64,000 nucleotides of DNA. It comes from Escherichia phage UP19. The DNA lies in the sequence record OX638288; one strand, written 5' to 3'. Positions 8,509 to 16,398 of the stretch are shown here, piece by piece (within the stretch, counting starts at the first letter, position 1; each line of letters opens with the position of its first letter). The notes beneath the pieces are model-generated. The model saw nothing but the letters and a program-made list of their open reading frames with translations. It ran no database searches and was not told the DNA's origin. The position numbers were made by a program, and so were the translations under genes.

Positions 8509-8783
8509 TTGAAGATATCAAAGGTTACAAGCCACATACCGACGATAAAATCGGTAAAGTGAATGCCATTAAAGATGCTGAAGTCCGATTAGGCTTAATC
8601 TTTAAAGCATTAGAAGAAGAATATGTTGAAGCCTTTACATGCTCAGGTGTTGATAAAATGAGTGATGAAGAATTCAACCTCACCCATGAACGCCTCGCCC
8701 AGATTCGTACGGCAATCGAACGCTTGAAAGAAGCTTCTATGTGGGCGTGTCGTTCCGTTTTCCAGCCCGAGGAAAAATACTAA
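8505..8783 (+). CDS. hypothetical protein (92 aa)
   Basis: ORF track; ATGA overlap. Confidence 0.5.
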   Translation: MIEDIKGYKPHTDDKIGKVNAIKDAEVRLGLIFKALEEEYVEAFTCSGVDKMSDEEFNLTHERLAQIRTAIERLKEASMWACRSVFQPEEKY

Positions 8784-8788
8784 AAGCA

Positions 8789-8817
8789 GTTTACATCTCC
8801 TGTAGACGTGGTACTAT
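8789..8817 (+). promoter_or_regulatory. T4-type early promoter (GTTTAC 8789-8794, TACTAT 8812-8817) within inverted repeat CTCCTGTAG/CTACAGGAG
   Basis: 17-nt spacer; arms at 8797-8805 and 8829-8837, the latter containing the regB SD. Confidence 0.6.
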
Positions 8818-8845
8818 AGACCTATCAACTACAGGAGATTACAAA

Positions 8846-9304
8846 ATGTCAGAAATTAATTCAGAAGTATTCATCCGCCGCAACAAATTACGTCGACAGT
8901 TCGAAACCGAATTTCGTGAACTTAACGCGTCCATCAAAAAAGCCGCCATTAAGAGTGGTGTCCCAGCTTTCTTTATTAAGTACTCTAATCACTTGTTGGA
9001 CCGTGCTATCCAACGTGAAATTGACGAAAAATATGTTTTCTCTTTGTTCAAGAAGCTCCACAATCATGTTAAAGAAATCCATGAATTTTTAATCCAGGAG
9101 CCTCTTCCTGACGTAGAATCTGAAATTGTCCCGGGTAAAGTGTATCGACCACTGCGTCTCGAGATTACCGATAAAACCTTATGGTTAGGTATGACCGTAG
9201 ATCGTAAACATCCTGATAAAGGATATTCATTAAAATGCCGTATGGCATTTGTTAACTCTAAACGTTTAGAAGGTAAAACCAGCACTAAAGTAATCTATCT
9301 TTAA
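8846..9304 (+). CDS. regB: RegB site-specific endoribonuclease (152 aa)
   Basis: ORF track 8741..9304 trimmed; EVFIRRNKLRR...LLDRAIQREIDE...RPLRLEITD matches T4 RegB as recalled. Confidence 0.85.
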   Translation: MSEINSEVFIRRNKLRRQFETEFRELNASIKKAAIKSGVPAFFIKYSNHLLDRAIQREIDEKYVFSLFKKLHNHVKEIHEFLIQEPLPDVESEIVPGKVYRPLRLEITDKTLWLGMTVDRKHPDKGYSLKCRMAFVNSKRLEGKTSTKVIYL

Positions 9305-9316
9305 TAATGAGGTCTC

Positions 9317-9856
9317 ATGAAAAAAGTATTAGCCACTTTACTATTGACAGTTAGTATGTCTGCCTATAGCGTAGAGCCTACTTTCAGTAATGAACAACTC
9401 GATAATTTACATTATGCGTATGCTTTCGGTGAACAATACCAAAAGTCGGGAAAGTTCAAAGAAAACCCTAATCAAAAAGGATTAGGATATATAATGGCCG
9501 GATTATTATGGCAGGAATCATCTGCTGGAATTAATCAAGGTTTAAATAAAGATAAGCACCATGCTTATGGCATGTTCCAAAATTACTTGCCTACGTTAAG
9601 AAGTCGTGTTCAACAGGTAGGTTGGAAGATGTCAGACAAAGAAATAATTCGTATGGTCCAAAAACGACAGAACAGTGCCTCTTGGGCCTACATTGAACTG
9701 TCTTATTGGATTGATGTTCACAAAGGTGACCTGAGAAAAGCGATTGCTTCTTATAATGCGGGCTGGAATGTCAAAGCAGGCAGTAAATATGCTTCCGAAG
9801 TTCTAGAAAAGGCCAATTACCTAAAATCTAAAAAGATGTTTGAGGCGGTATATTAA
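9317..9856 (+). CDS. secreted protein with lytic-transglycosylase-like motifs (179 aa)
   Basis: N-terminal signal peptide; WQESS and ASYNAG motifs resemble SLT domain. Confidence 0.6.
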   Translation: MKKVLATLLLTVSMSAYSVEPTFSNEQLDNLHYAYAFGEQYQKSGKFKENPNQKGLGYIMAGLLWQESSAGINQGLNKDKHHAYGMFQNYLPTLRSRVQQVGWKMSDKEIIRMVQKRQNSASWAYIELSYWIDVHKGDLRKAIASYNAGWNVKAGSKYASEVLEKANYLKSKKMFEAVY

Positions 9857-10213
9857 ATGATTAAACAGATGACTATAGCGCTTATGTTTATTGCTCCGGG
9901 AGTATTAGCATCACAGGTTGATGATACAAATAATTCAATTGTCGAGTATGCCACCCGTACAGCAAAAGATTATTGTCATCCGAGTAATACTGAATGTGTT
10001 ATTGAATTCAGTTCAAAAATAACAGCTGCTTTTAAAGATGGACAGAACGACGTCGAGCATCGCCGAATGAAAGAGAAAACTCTTTCTAAAAGATACGAGC
10101 AACGTCTAAACGTTACTGAATGTGTTCCATCTGATAAAAAGTACAAAGAAATGTGCGCGTCTATGGTAGACAGACTCGTTGACTCTTACAACCGAGGGCT
10201 AAACTCTAAATGA
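9857..10213 (+). CDS. hypothetical secreted protein (118 aa)
   Basis: ORF track; N-terminal signal-like segment. Confidence 0.55.
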   Translation: MIKQMTIALMFIAPGVLASQVDDTNNSIVEYATRTAKDYCHPSNTECVIEFSSKITAAFKDGQNDVEHRRMKEKTLSKRYEQRLNVTECVPSDKKYKEMCASMVDRLVDSYNRGLNSK

Positions 10214-10677
10214 TTATTGATTATATTAAGGGCGATATCGTCGCCCTGTTTCTTCAAGGCAATAATGTTGCACACGGGTGTAACTGCTTTCACACAATGG
10301 GTTCAGGTGTAGCAGGTCAATTGGCTAAGGCGTATCCACCTATTCTTGCTATCGATAAAACCACTTATTTAGGTGATATAGCAAAACTTGGAACATATAC
10401 CCAAGCCACAGGTAATAATGGACAAATTTGCTATAATTTATACACCCAATACGAACCAGGCCCTAATCTTGATTACGGTGCTTTAGTAAACTGTATGATA
10501 GAATTAAACCATACTTCAAAAGGTCTTTTGTTTAAACCGAGAATTTATATTCCTCGCATTGGCTGTGGTATTGCTGGTGGTGATTGGGACAAGGTTTATC
10601 AATTGATTAATTTGTTTACTCCTGATATTAATTTAGTGGTGGTAGATTATGAAAGCTCATTATCCGCATCCGTTTGA
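10210..10677 (+). CDS. macro-domain-like protein (155 aa)
   Basis: VAHGCNCFHTMGSGVAGQL and PRIGCGIAGG resemble macro-domain ADP-ribose-binding motifs. Confidence 0.6.
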   Translation: MIIDYIKGDIVALFLQGNNVAHGCNCFHTMGSGVAGQLAKAYPPILAIDKTTYLGDIAKLGTYTQATGNNGQICYNLYTQYEPGPNLDYGALVNCMIELNHTSKGLLFKPRIYIPRIGCGIAGGDWDKVYQLINLFTPDINLVVVDYESSLSASV

Positions 10678-10861
10678 CCCTAAAAACAAAGCGGAAATTA
10701 TTCGCCGCTGGACCGAAACCCGAGTAACTAAATGCCCTATAAAAAGTCATCACAATACTGATAAATGGTATATAGGTGAATATGTTGAATATACTTTTAT
10801 AGATAAAAATAAACGTAAACAGTATGTAGAAGAATACTGCTTAAAGGTGCAATGGTTATGA
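10649..10861 (+). CDS. hypothetical protein (70 aa)
   Basis: ORF track. Confidence 0.45.
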   Translation: MKAHYPHPFDPKNKAEIIRRWTETRVTKCPIKSHHNTDKWYIGEYVEYTFIDKNKRKQYVEEYCLKVQWL

Positions 10862-11064
10862 GCCAAACCCGAATTCTTAAAACGGCTAAATGTGAAAAAT
10901 GTGAATGGCCGGTAATCGCAGCTTTATGCAACGATGAAATGGAATGTGAATTTGATTACTGGTGGTACTGTTCTAATAAAGGATGTTCTAATCATAAGGG
11001 TGAAGGTTTTCATTCCGGTTATTGCGAACATCCTAAATTTGTGCGATATGGTGAACCTAAATGA
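10852..11064 (+). CDS. Cys-rich small protein, probable zinc-binding (70 aa)
   Basis: CEKCEW...C...C...C...C pattern. Confidence 0.5.
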   Translation: MVMSQTRILKTAKCEKCEWPVIAALCNDEMECEFDYWWYCSNKGCSNHKGEGFHSGYCEHPKFVRYGEPK

Positions 11065-11246
11065 GTTTAAGTATTAGTCAGAAAAGTAGATTGTTTGAGC
11101 TTATCCATGAGCTTTTGGATGAGCATACAGAAGCAAACGCTTTTTACGATGAATATGGCCCGCTATCTCCCGAACAGCAAGAAGAATTTGCTGATCGGTT
11201 TGATGAGAAAGAAAACGAATTAATAGCTTATGTGAATACGCTTTAA
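11061..11246 (+). CDS. hypothetical acidic protein (61 aa)
   Basis: ORF track; ATGA overlap. Confidence 0.45.
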   Translation: MSLSISQKSRLFELIHELLDEHTEANAFYDEYGPLSPEQQEEFADRFDEKENELIAYVNTL

Positions 11247-11255
11247 GAAGGTAAT

Positions 11256-11828
11256 ATGGCTCAACTTTATTTTCATTATGCGGCAATGAACTCAGGTAAG
11301 ACCGCTTCATTGCTAACGGCAGCTCATAACTACAAAGAACGCGGTATGAGCGTGCTCCTTTTAAAGCCTGCGATAGACAATAGAGAATCAAGCCATACCA
11401 TTTCGTCTCGTATAGGGATTAGTCAAGAGGCTAATGCGGTGACTCCGGATATGGACCTATACGAGTTCTATCGTTGGGCTGAATCTCAAAAAGATATCCA
11501 CTGTGTGTTTGTGGATGAAGCACAATTCTTAGAACCTGCACAGATAAAACAACTGGCAAAGATAGTAGACAATTATAATGTTCCAGTTATGTGTTATGGG
11601 CTAAGAACTGATTTTCAGGGTAAACTGTTTCCTGGTTCTGCTGAATTACTCGCTACGGCAGATAAACTCGTTGAGTACAAAGGTGTGTGCCATTGCGGCC
11701 GTAAAGCTACTATGACTGCTAGGGTCCAAGATGGTGTCGCAATTAAGGACGGAGCCCAAGTTTCTATAGGTGGCAACGATTCTTACGTGTCATTGTGCAG
11801 GAAGCACTGGATAGAAATAACGAGTTGA
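11256..11828 (+). CDS. tk: thymidine kinase (190 aa)
   Basis: P-loop MNSGKTASLL; thymidine-kinase-like throughout; C-terminal zinc ribbon CHCGRKAT...LCRKH. Confidence 0.9.
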   Translation: MAQLYFHYAAMNSGKTASLLTAAHNYKERGMSVLLLKPAIDNRESSHTISSRIGISQEANAVTPDMDLYEFYRWAESQKDIHCVFVDEAQFLEPAQIKQLAKIVDNYNVPVMCYGLRTDFQGKLFPGSAELLATADKLVEYKGVCHCGRKATMTARVQDGVAIKDGAQVSIGGNDSYVSLCRKHWIEITS

Positions 11829-11835
11829 GGGTACT

Positions 11836-12114
11836 ATGGACCTAAATTCAAAGATTTTAATTCTAGCGTTCGCTGTGGCCATCTCTTATATTGTTCTTTC
11901 GCCCATCATGGATGATGCGGCTTACAAAAGAGAGATAGAAGTTGTAGCAGCGACGTATAATGCTAATAATAAAGAATGCCCTAATAAAAATGGAATGGAT
12001 TTAATTAAAGCACATTATATGCTTTCCATTACCTCGCCTATACAGAGGAATTGGGTTGAATATAATTTTAACGACGTGTTCTATTCTTATTGTCGTAAGC
12101 TTAAAAAGCTATAA
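11836..12114 (+). CDS. hypothetical membrane-anchored protein (92 aa)
   Basis: ORF track; N-terminal hydrophobic segment. Confidence 0.5.
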   Translation: MDLNSKILILAFAVAISYIVLSPIMDDAAYKREIEVVAATYNANNKECPNKNGMDLIKAHYMLSITSPIQRNWVEYNFNDVFYSYCRKLKKL

Positions 12115-12117
12115 ATA
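12110..12117 (+). promoter_or_regulatory. late promoter motif TATAAATA
   Basis: exact TATAAATA about 90 nt upstream of rI-like gene. Confidence 0.35.
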
Positions 12118-12207
12118 GTAATACTAACCGTAGAGCTTTAGCTTTTGGTAATCGCTATCGGTTAAGGCCGAAAGGCAAATTCGTATAAAATAACAAAGGA
12201 CTTTTGT

Positions 12208-12501
12208 ATGGGTATTTTCCGTACAGTGGCTTGTATCCTTATGATTGGATGTTTAAGCCCAACATCTTCACTAGCAAACAAATCCGACCCTAAATTGATG
12301 GACGCCTTTGCTAGTAGTGCGATGCCAGTTTATGCGCAAATGAGTAAACCTAGTGTAAAGGCCTCCGAAGACTACTGGGCTTATGTAACTGCTTCTTGGA
12401 AAATTTCAAATTGCAATACAATAGAGTCTTGCTCGATTGAAGGTCAGGCTATCGGAGAACGATACGCTAAACTAATGAAGGTAGATGATGAAATTCAATG
12501 A
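12208..12501 (+). CDS. rI: lysis inhibition regulator RI-like periplasmic protein (97 aa)
   Basis: 97 aa, N-terminal signal anchor, two Cys, resembles T4 RI as recalled; located next to tk as in T4. Confidence 0.6.
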   Translation: MGIFRTVACILMIGCLSPTSSLANKSDPKLMDAFASSAMPVYAQMSKPSVKASEDYWAYVTASWKISNCNTIESCSIEGQAIGERYAKLMKVDDEIQ

Positions 12502-12871
12502 TTTCGTACTTAGTCGAGGGACTGAAGTAGATTCTTATATTGGTTGGCTGTTGGTTTCTTTAGCCTATTTTAAGTCAGCCCATTTGGAAACCAAAAGCTA
12601 TGCAAGACACAAAGCATATGACTTCTATTATACAGAAGTTCAAGGACCACTAGACCAGTTCAGTGAACAGTATTTAGGATTTAGTGGCAAAGAATATAAA
12701 GCATCACTACCATCTGCTTCAGAACTGCCTAAAGACCCCATAGATTTTCTTGATGAACTTATTAAAGCGTCTGATAAAATCTACAAAAATCTTCCTAAGG
12801 CCATCCAATCGACTTTGGACGACATCACTGGTGTCTTTTACCAGACTAAGTATTTGTTAACGTTAGAATAA
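12485..12871 (+). CDS. hypothetical protein (128 aa)
   Basis: ORF track. Confidence 0.5.
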   Translation: MMKFNDFVLSRGTEVDSYIGWLLVSLAYFKSAHLETKSYARHKAYDFYYTEVQGPLDQFSEQYLGFSGKEYKASLPSASELPKDPIDFLDELIKASDKIYKNLPKAIQSTLDDITGVFYQTKYLLTLE

Positions 12872-12875
12872 TCAA

Positions 12876-12902
12876 AGGTCTCACTTCGGTGGGACCTTTT
12901 TT
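12876..12902 (+). terminator. rho-independent terminator (stem with UUCG loop plus T-run)
   Basis: AGGTCTCAC-TTCG-GTGGGACCT followed by TTTTTT. Confidence 0.6.
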
Positions 12903-12911
12903 CGTTTTAGT

Positions 12912-12940
12912 GTTTACTTCCTCTAGGAACGTGATACTAT
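12912..12940 (+). promoter_or_regulatory. T4-type early promoter (GTTTAC 12912-12917, TACTAT 12935-12940)
   Basis: 17-nt spacer; followed by 'tatagacctatcaa'. Confidence 0.55.
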
Positions 12941-12968
12941 AGACCTATCAACTAATGAGGAGAACAGT

Positions 12969-13205
12969 ATGAAACTTACAAGTACTACGGTTTCATTGGA
13001 ATATGAAATCAATAACCGCCTCCTTGAGATTAAGATATTCGACGACCGAAGTATCTTTGCTGACTACCGAGGGTACAGAATTCGCCTAGAAAAGGACGAG
13101 CTCAAGGAACCACGGCTCCTTAAAGACACATTAAAGGGATGTGGGTGTAAGCTGAAGACCACTCAAGCCCAAGAATTAATTTCTACTATCAACAAATACT
13201 GGTGA
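12969..13205 (+). CDS. hypothetical protein (78 aa)
   Basis: ORF track; GAGGAGAA SD. Confidence 0.55.
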   Translation: MKLTSTTVSLEYEINNRLLEIKIFDDRSIFADYRGYRIRLEKDELKEPRLLKDTLKGCGCKLKTTQAQELISTINKYW

Positions 13206-13209
13206 TATT

Positions 13210-13392
13210 ATGTTAACTACTGAACAGATTGAGAAAATTATTAAACTCGCCCAGCATATTGAAAACGCATCCAATGACCTAGCTGTTGAATATTGCGAAG
13301 GTTATTCATATTCTGGAATAGAGCAGTGTAAACGAGATTTGGCTAACTCCAAAGCGGCCTTGGCTGAGTATCTTAATGAGTTGAAAGCATAA
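13210..13392 (+). CDS. hypothetical protein (60 aa)
   Basis: ORF track. Confidence 0.45.
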   Translation: MLTTEQIEKIIKLAQHIENASNDLAVEYCEGYSYSGIEQCKRDLANSKAALAEYLNELKA

Positions 13393-13649
13393 TGGCTGTT
13401 GGATTTGCTAAGGACGGAGCCGAACAGCTCGAAATGGAAGCGGTCGTTCAGGCCGCTATAGTACACGCCCGTAAGCAAGTAGCAGTTGAACGTGAATCGG
13501 CTAAATATTGTTTTGATTGTGATGAAGAGATTCCTGAAGCACGACGTCAAGCTATCAAAGGTGTGATATATTGTATAGGTTGTCAGTCAATGCATGATGA
13601 AATTTTTAAACGTGAGCCACGTAACTGTTGGCACAGGAGCATGAGATGA
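13392..13649 (+). CDS. DksA/TraR-type C4 zinc-finger protein (85 aa)
   Basis: CFDC-x17-CIGC spacing typical of TraR/DksA zinc fingers. Confidence 0.55.
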   Translation: MAVGFAKDGAEQLEMEAVVQAAIVHARKQVAVERESAKYCFDCDEEIPEARRQAIKGVIYCIGCQSMHDEIFKREPRNCWHRSMR

Positions 13650-13740
13650 TTTACTATCTTGAACCTTGGGCTTGGCTTACAATGCTTATTGGTCCAGTTT
13701 TAATAGGTTTATTCTTTTCATGGCTAGCGAGGAAACTGTA

Positions 13741-13938
13741 ATGTTATACGACCCAAGTGGTAATTCTGAAGACGGTATTATTGTCCTTTTGGCAGATGTT
13801 GAAGAGTCTGACGATGACATTTTTGTTAAAGATTGGGAAGAAAAAGGCGGAATCACGCTCCAACAAGAAAATGATATGATTTGTCTGAATGCGAGCCAAG
13901 TCGAAGAACTGTACAGTATTTTAAAACACAACCGTTGA
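13741..13938 (+). CDS. hypothetical acidic protein (65 aa)
   Basis: ORF track 13666..13938 (TTG alt start) trimmed to ATG after GAGGAAA. Confidence 0.45.
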   Translation: MLYDPSGNSEDGIIVLLADVEESDDDIFVKDWEEKGGITLQQENDMICLNASQVEELYSILKHNR

Positions 13939-13948
13939 GGAACAGAAA

Positions 13949-14509
13949 ATGATTATTGAAACAACTGAATTGTTTGGCGAACTGACCGCTGAAGTAGTTA
14001 ATAATGCAATTGAGCTTTGTCAAGAAGACGATAAAATCGTACTGACTATCCAAGATATTAAACCACTTTATGATTTAAAGGTTTTGGATAAAGATGGGTA
14101 TCTTGATGGACGCCATAGAGCATCGTTTGATATTAACGACGATGTATGGGCCCAGATTTATAAAAATGAAGACGGATTTAATATCGAAACTGATACTGAA
14201 TGTCTAAGCATTAGGAATTCTAGTAATTTCTTTAAATGTATTTTTAAACTGTTCCAGGAAGAATGCAAGCCAGAAGTTGAATGGAAAGTTCCAGGTCAAG
14301 ATGCAGTGATTCGTTCTAGTGAAACATTTGAAGGTGATGAAGAAGAACTGGATTATGATACCGAATTAACCGTGTATCAACACCAGGGTCGTGATTTGCT
14401 ATCCTTGACCCAAAGACACGACGGTGAAAATGAAGTGGTATTTACTAAAGACGAGCTAAAAGTTTTAGTCTCTTATCTGAACTCTGTTATCCCAACTATG
14501 AACCCTTAA
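13949..14509 (+). CDS. hypothetical acidic protein (186 aa)
   Basis: ORF track; GAGGA SD. Confidence 0.55.
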   Translation: MIIETTELFGELTAEVVNNAIELCQEDDKIVLTIQDIKPLYDLKVLDKDGYLDGRHRASFDINDDVWAQIYKNEDGFNIETDTECLSIRNSSNFFKCIFKLFQEECKPEVEWKVPGQDAVIRSSETFEGDEEELDYDTELTVYQHQGRDLLSLTQRHDGENEVVFTKDELKVLVSYLNSVIPTMNP

Positions 14510-14519
14510 GGAAAATATT

Positions 14520-14972
14520 ATGATTATCAATTCAAACTCTTGGCACGTTAAATTACACGACCGTTTTTATGACCGTCATTCTCGACCACACTCTTTGTGT
14601 GCTTATTTCTGGAAAATGGTTTGGGCTTGTTTTGCTTGTGCTGTTGTTGCAGGTAGTACGCTTTTTGGATTAACTGTTGCAGGAGCTGGTGTATTAGAGC
14701 ATTTCTTTGTATTAAGTACTCCTGTTCTGTTGAGTCTAGGGTTTGTTTTAGGGTTGATTGCAATAGCTCTTATTATTGCTCTATCCATTGGTTTGGCATT
14801 AGGTGCGATGAATTTACACGCGTGGTATGATGCACGTAGAGAAGAAAAGGAATGGCAACGTATTCAAGCTGAGCGTGAAGGCCGAGAAACTAAAGAAAAT
14901 ATCGTCGTCCAATACATTAAAGCTCGTAAATCTAAGATGTGTCCTGTAATTCACTTCGAGAACAAAGAATGA
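14520..14972 (+). CDS. hypothetical membrane protein (150 aa)
   Basis: ORF track; multiple hydrophobic helices. Confidence 0.55.
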   Translation: MIINSNSWHVKLHDRFYDRHSRPHSLCAYFWKMVWACFACAVVAGSTLFGLTVAGAGVLEHFFVLSTPVLLSLGFVLGLIAIALIIALSIGLALGAMNLHAWYDARREEKEWQRIQAEREGRETKENIVVQYIKARKSKMCPVIHFENKE

Positions 14973-14980
14973 GAACAGTT

Positions 14981-15979
14981 ATGAAAGGCTACTTCGGTAG
15001 CCATCTTTATGGAACAAGTACTCCGGAATCTGATGTCGATTTTAAAGAAATCTTTGTTCCACATCCGCGTGATATTCTGTTAGGTACGGCAATGAATCAT
15101 ACCAACCTGAACACGAATAACACTGCTTCCAAAAACACTAAAGATGATGTTGACCATGAGCTTTACAGCCTGAAATATTTCTTTAAACTGGCTGCTGAAG
15201 GCGAAACCGTTGCTCTGGATATGCTCCACACTCCGCCTGAAATGGTGGTTAAATCCGATTTACCTGATGTATGGAAATTTATCCAAGATAACCGTTCGCG
15301 TTTCTATACAACTAACATGAAAGCCTATTTAGGGTACGTTCGTAAGCAAGCTTCTAAATATGGTGTTAAGGGTTCTCGTCTGGCTGCTCTGCGTGGTGTA
15401 CTGGCTATCGTTAACCAGATTCCTGAACAGTGGGTTGATTATCAAGAAGATGGTTCTACTAAGCAACGACGTACTAAGGTAGAAGATATTAAGCACCGGC
15501 TCCCTGAAAACGAGTTCTGTGAATGGGTATTTCATAACCACGAGAAAACAGGTCCTCAAACGTTCTATACTGTCCTCGGACGTAAGTACCAAACTACTCT
15601 GTCATTGGTCGAGCTTAAGCAATCTCTGAATAAACTTGATGCAGAATATGGCGAACGTGCTCGTAAGGCTGAAGCTAATGAAGGTATTGACTGGAAAGCT
15701 CTGAGCCATGCTTATCGTGCTGGATATCAGTTGAAGGAAATCTATATGACCGGTGACCTTCAATATCCTTTACGAACAGCACCATTTATCCTTGAAATCA
15801 AACAGGGGCTACATGCTTTTAAAGATGTACAGGCTGAGCTCGAAGCTATAGTTGATGAAGTCGAAACCAATGCCATCTGGGCAGCTAAGAACGGTATGCC
15901 TGATAAGGTAGATATGAAGTTCTGGGACAAGTTCGTTGAGCAGGTTTACCTAGAAAACCATAACTCGTATTATAAATGA
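14981..15979 (+). CDS. Pol-beta-superfamily nucleotidyltransferase-like protein (332 aa)
   Basis: ORF track 14939..15979 trimmed; N-terminal GSHLYGTSTPESDVDF matches the GS-x(9-13)-DxD signature. Confidence 0.65.
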   Translation: MKGYFGSHLYGTSTPESDVDFKEIFVPHPRDILLGTAMNHTNLNTNNTASKNTKDDVDHELYSLKYFFKLAAEGETVALDMLHTPPEMVVKSDLPDVWKFIQDNRSRFYTTNMKAYLGYVRKQASKYGVKGSRLAALRGVLAIVNQIPEQWVDYQEDGSTKQRRTKVEDIKHRLPENEFCEWVFHNHEKTGPQTFYTVLGRKYQTTLSLVELKQSLNKLDAEYGERARKAEANEGIDWKALSHAYRAGYQLKEIYMTGDLQYPLRTAPFILEIKQGLHAFKDVQAELEAIVDEVETNAIWAAKNGMPDKVDMKFWDKFVEQVYLENHNSYYK

Positions 15980-15982
15980 TAA

Positions 15983-16002
15983 AAGGCCTTCGGGCCTTTT
16001 TT
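15983..16002 (+). terminator. rho-independent terminator
   Basis: AGGCC-TTCG-GGCCT followed by TTTTTT. Confidence 0.7.
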
Positions 16003-16022
16003 GGGTTTAGTGCAAAAAAGTA

Positions 16023-16051
16023 GTGTACATCTGCTTTAAACATGTTATTAT
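16023..16051 (+). promoter_or_regulatory. T4-type early promoter (GTGTAC, 17 nt, TATTAT)
   Basis: near-identical to the cassette at 16335-16363. Confidence 0.5.
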
Positions 16052-16101
16052 AGACCTATCAGCTAAAGAGCTGAAAACTTAAACCAAACGGAGATATAAA
16101 A

Positions 16102-16332
16102 ATGTACGCTATCAAAAATTACAAATACGGTTCTTACACTACTAACTTGATCGCTCTGGAAGATACCTTTAAAGCTGATCGTGCTGAAGAATATGAAATT
16201 ATTGAAGCTGTAACTAAAAACAAAGGTAAACAAGTTGTTATGCCTAATGGCCGTAAAGCTGCTCTTTATACAGTAAATGGTGAAACATGGGCCCGCTATA
16301 AAGATGGCTTCTGTGAAATTATTGCAAAATAA
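16102..16332 (+). CDS. hypothetical protein (76 aa)
   Basis: ORF track; GGAGA SD. Confidence 0.55.
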   Translation: MYAIKNYKYGSYTTNLIALEDTFKADRAEEYEIIEAVTKNKGKQVVMPNGRKAALYTVNGETWARYKDGFCEIIAK

Positions 16333-16334
16333 GT

Positions 16335-16363
16335 GTGTACATCCATTTCAAACATGTTATTAT
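16335..16363 (+). promoter_or_regulatory. T4-type early promoter (GTGTAC, 17 nt, TATTAT), duplicate of 16023-16051
   Basis: shared core 'gtgtacatc...aaacatgttattatagacctatca'. Confidence 0.5.
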
Positions 16364-16398
16364 AGACCTATCAAATCTACTGAGTGAAGGAGAATAAA

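Noticed and set aside
15971-15978. TATAAATG near the end of ORF 14981..15979 as a late promoter
   Set aside because: Not an exact TATAAATA, and it is immediately followed by a terminator rather than a gene.
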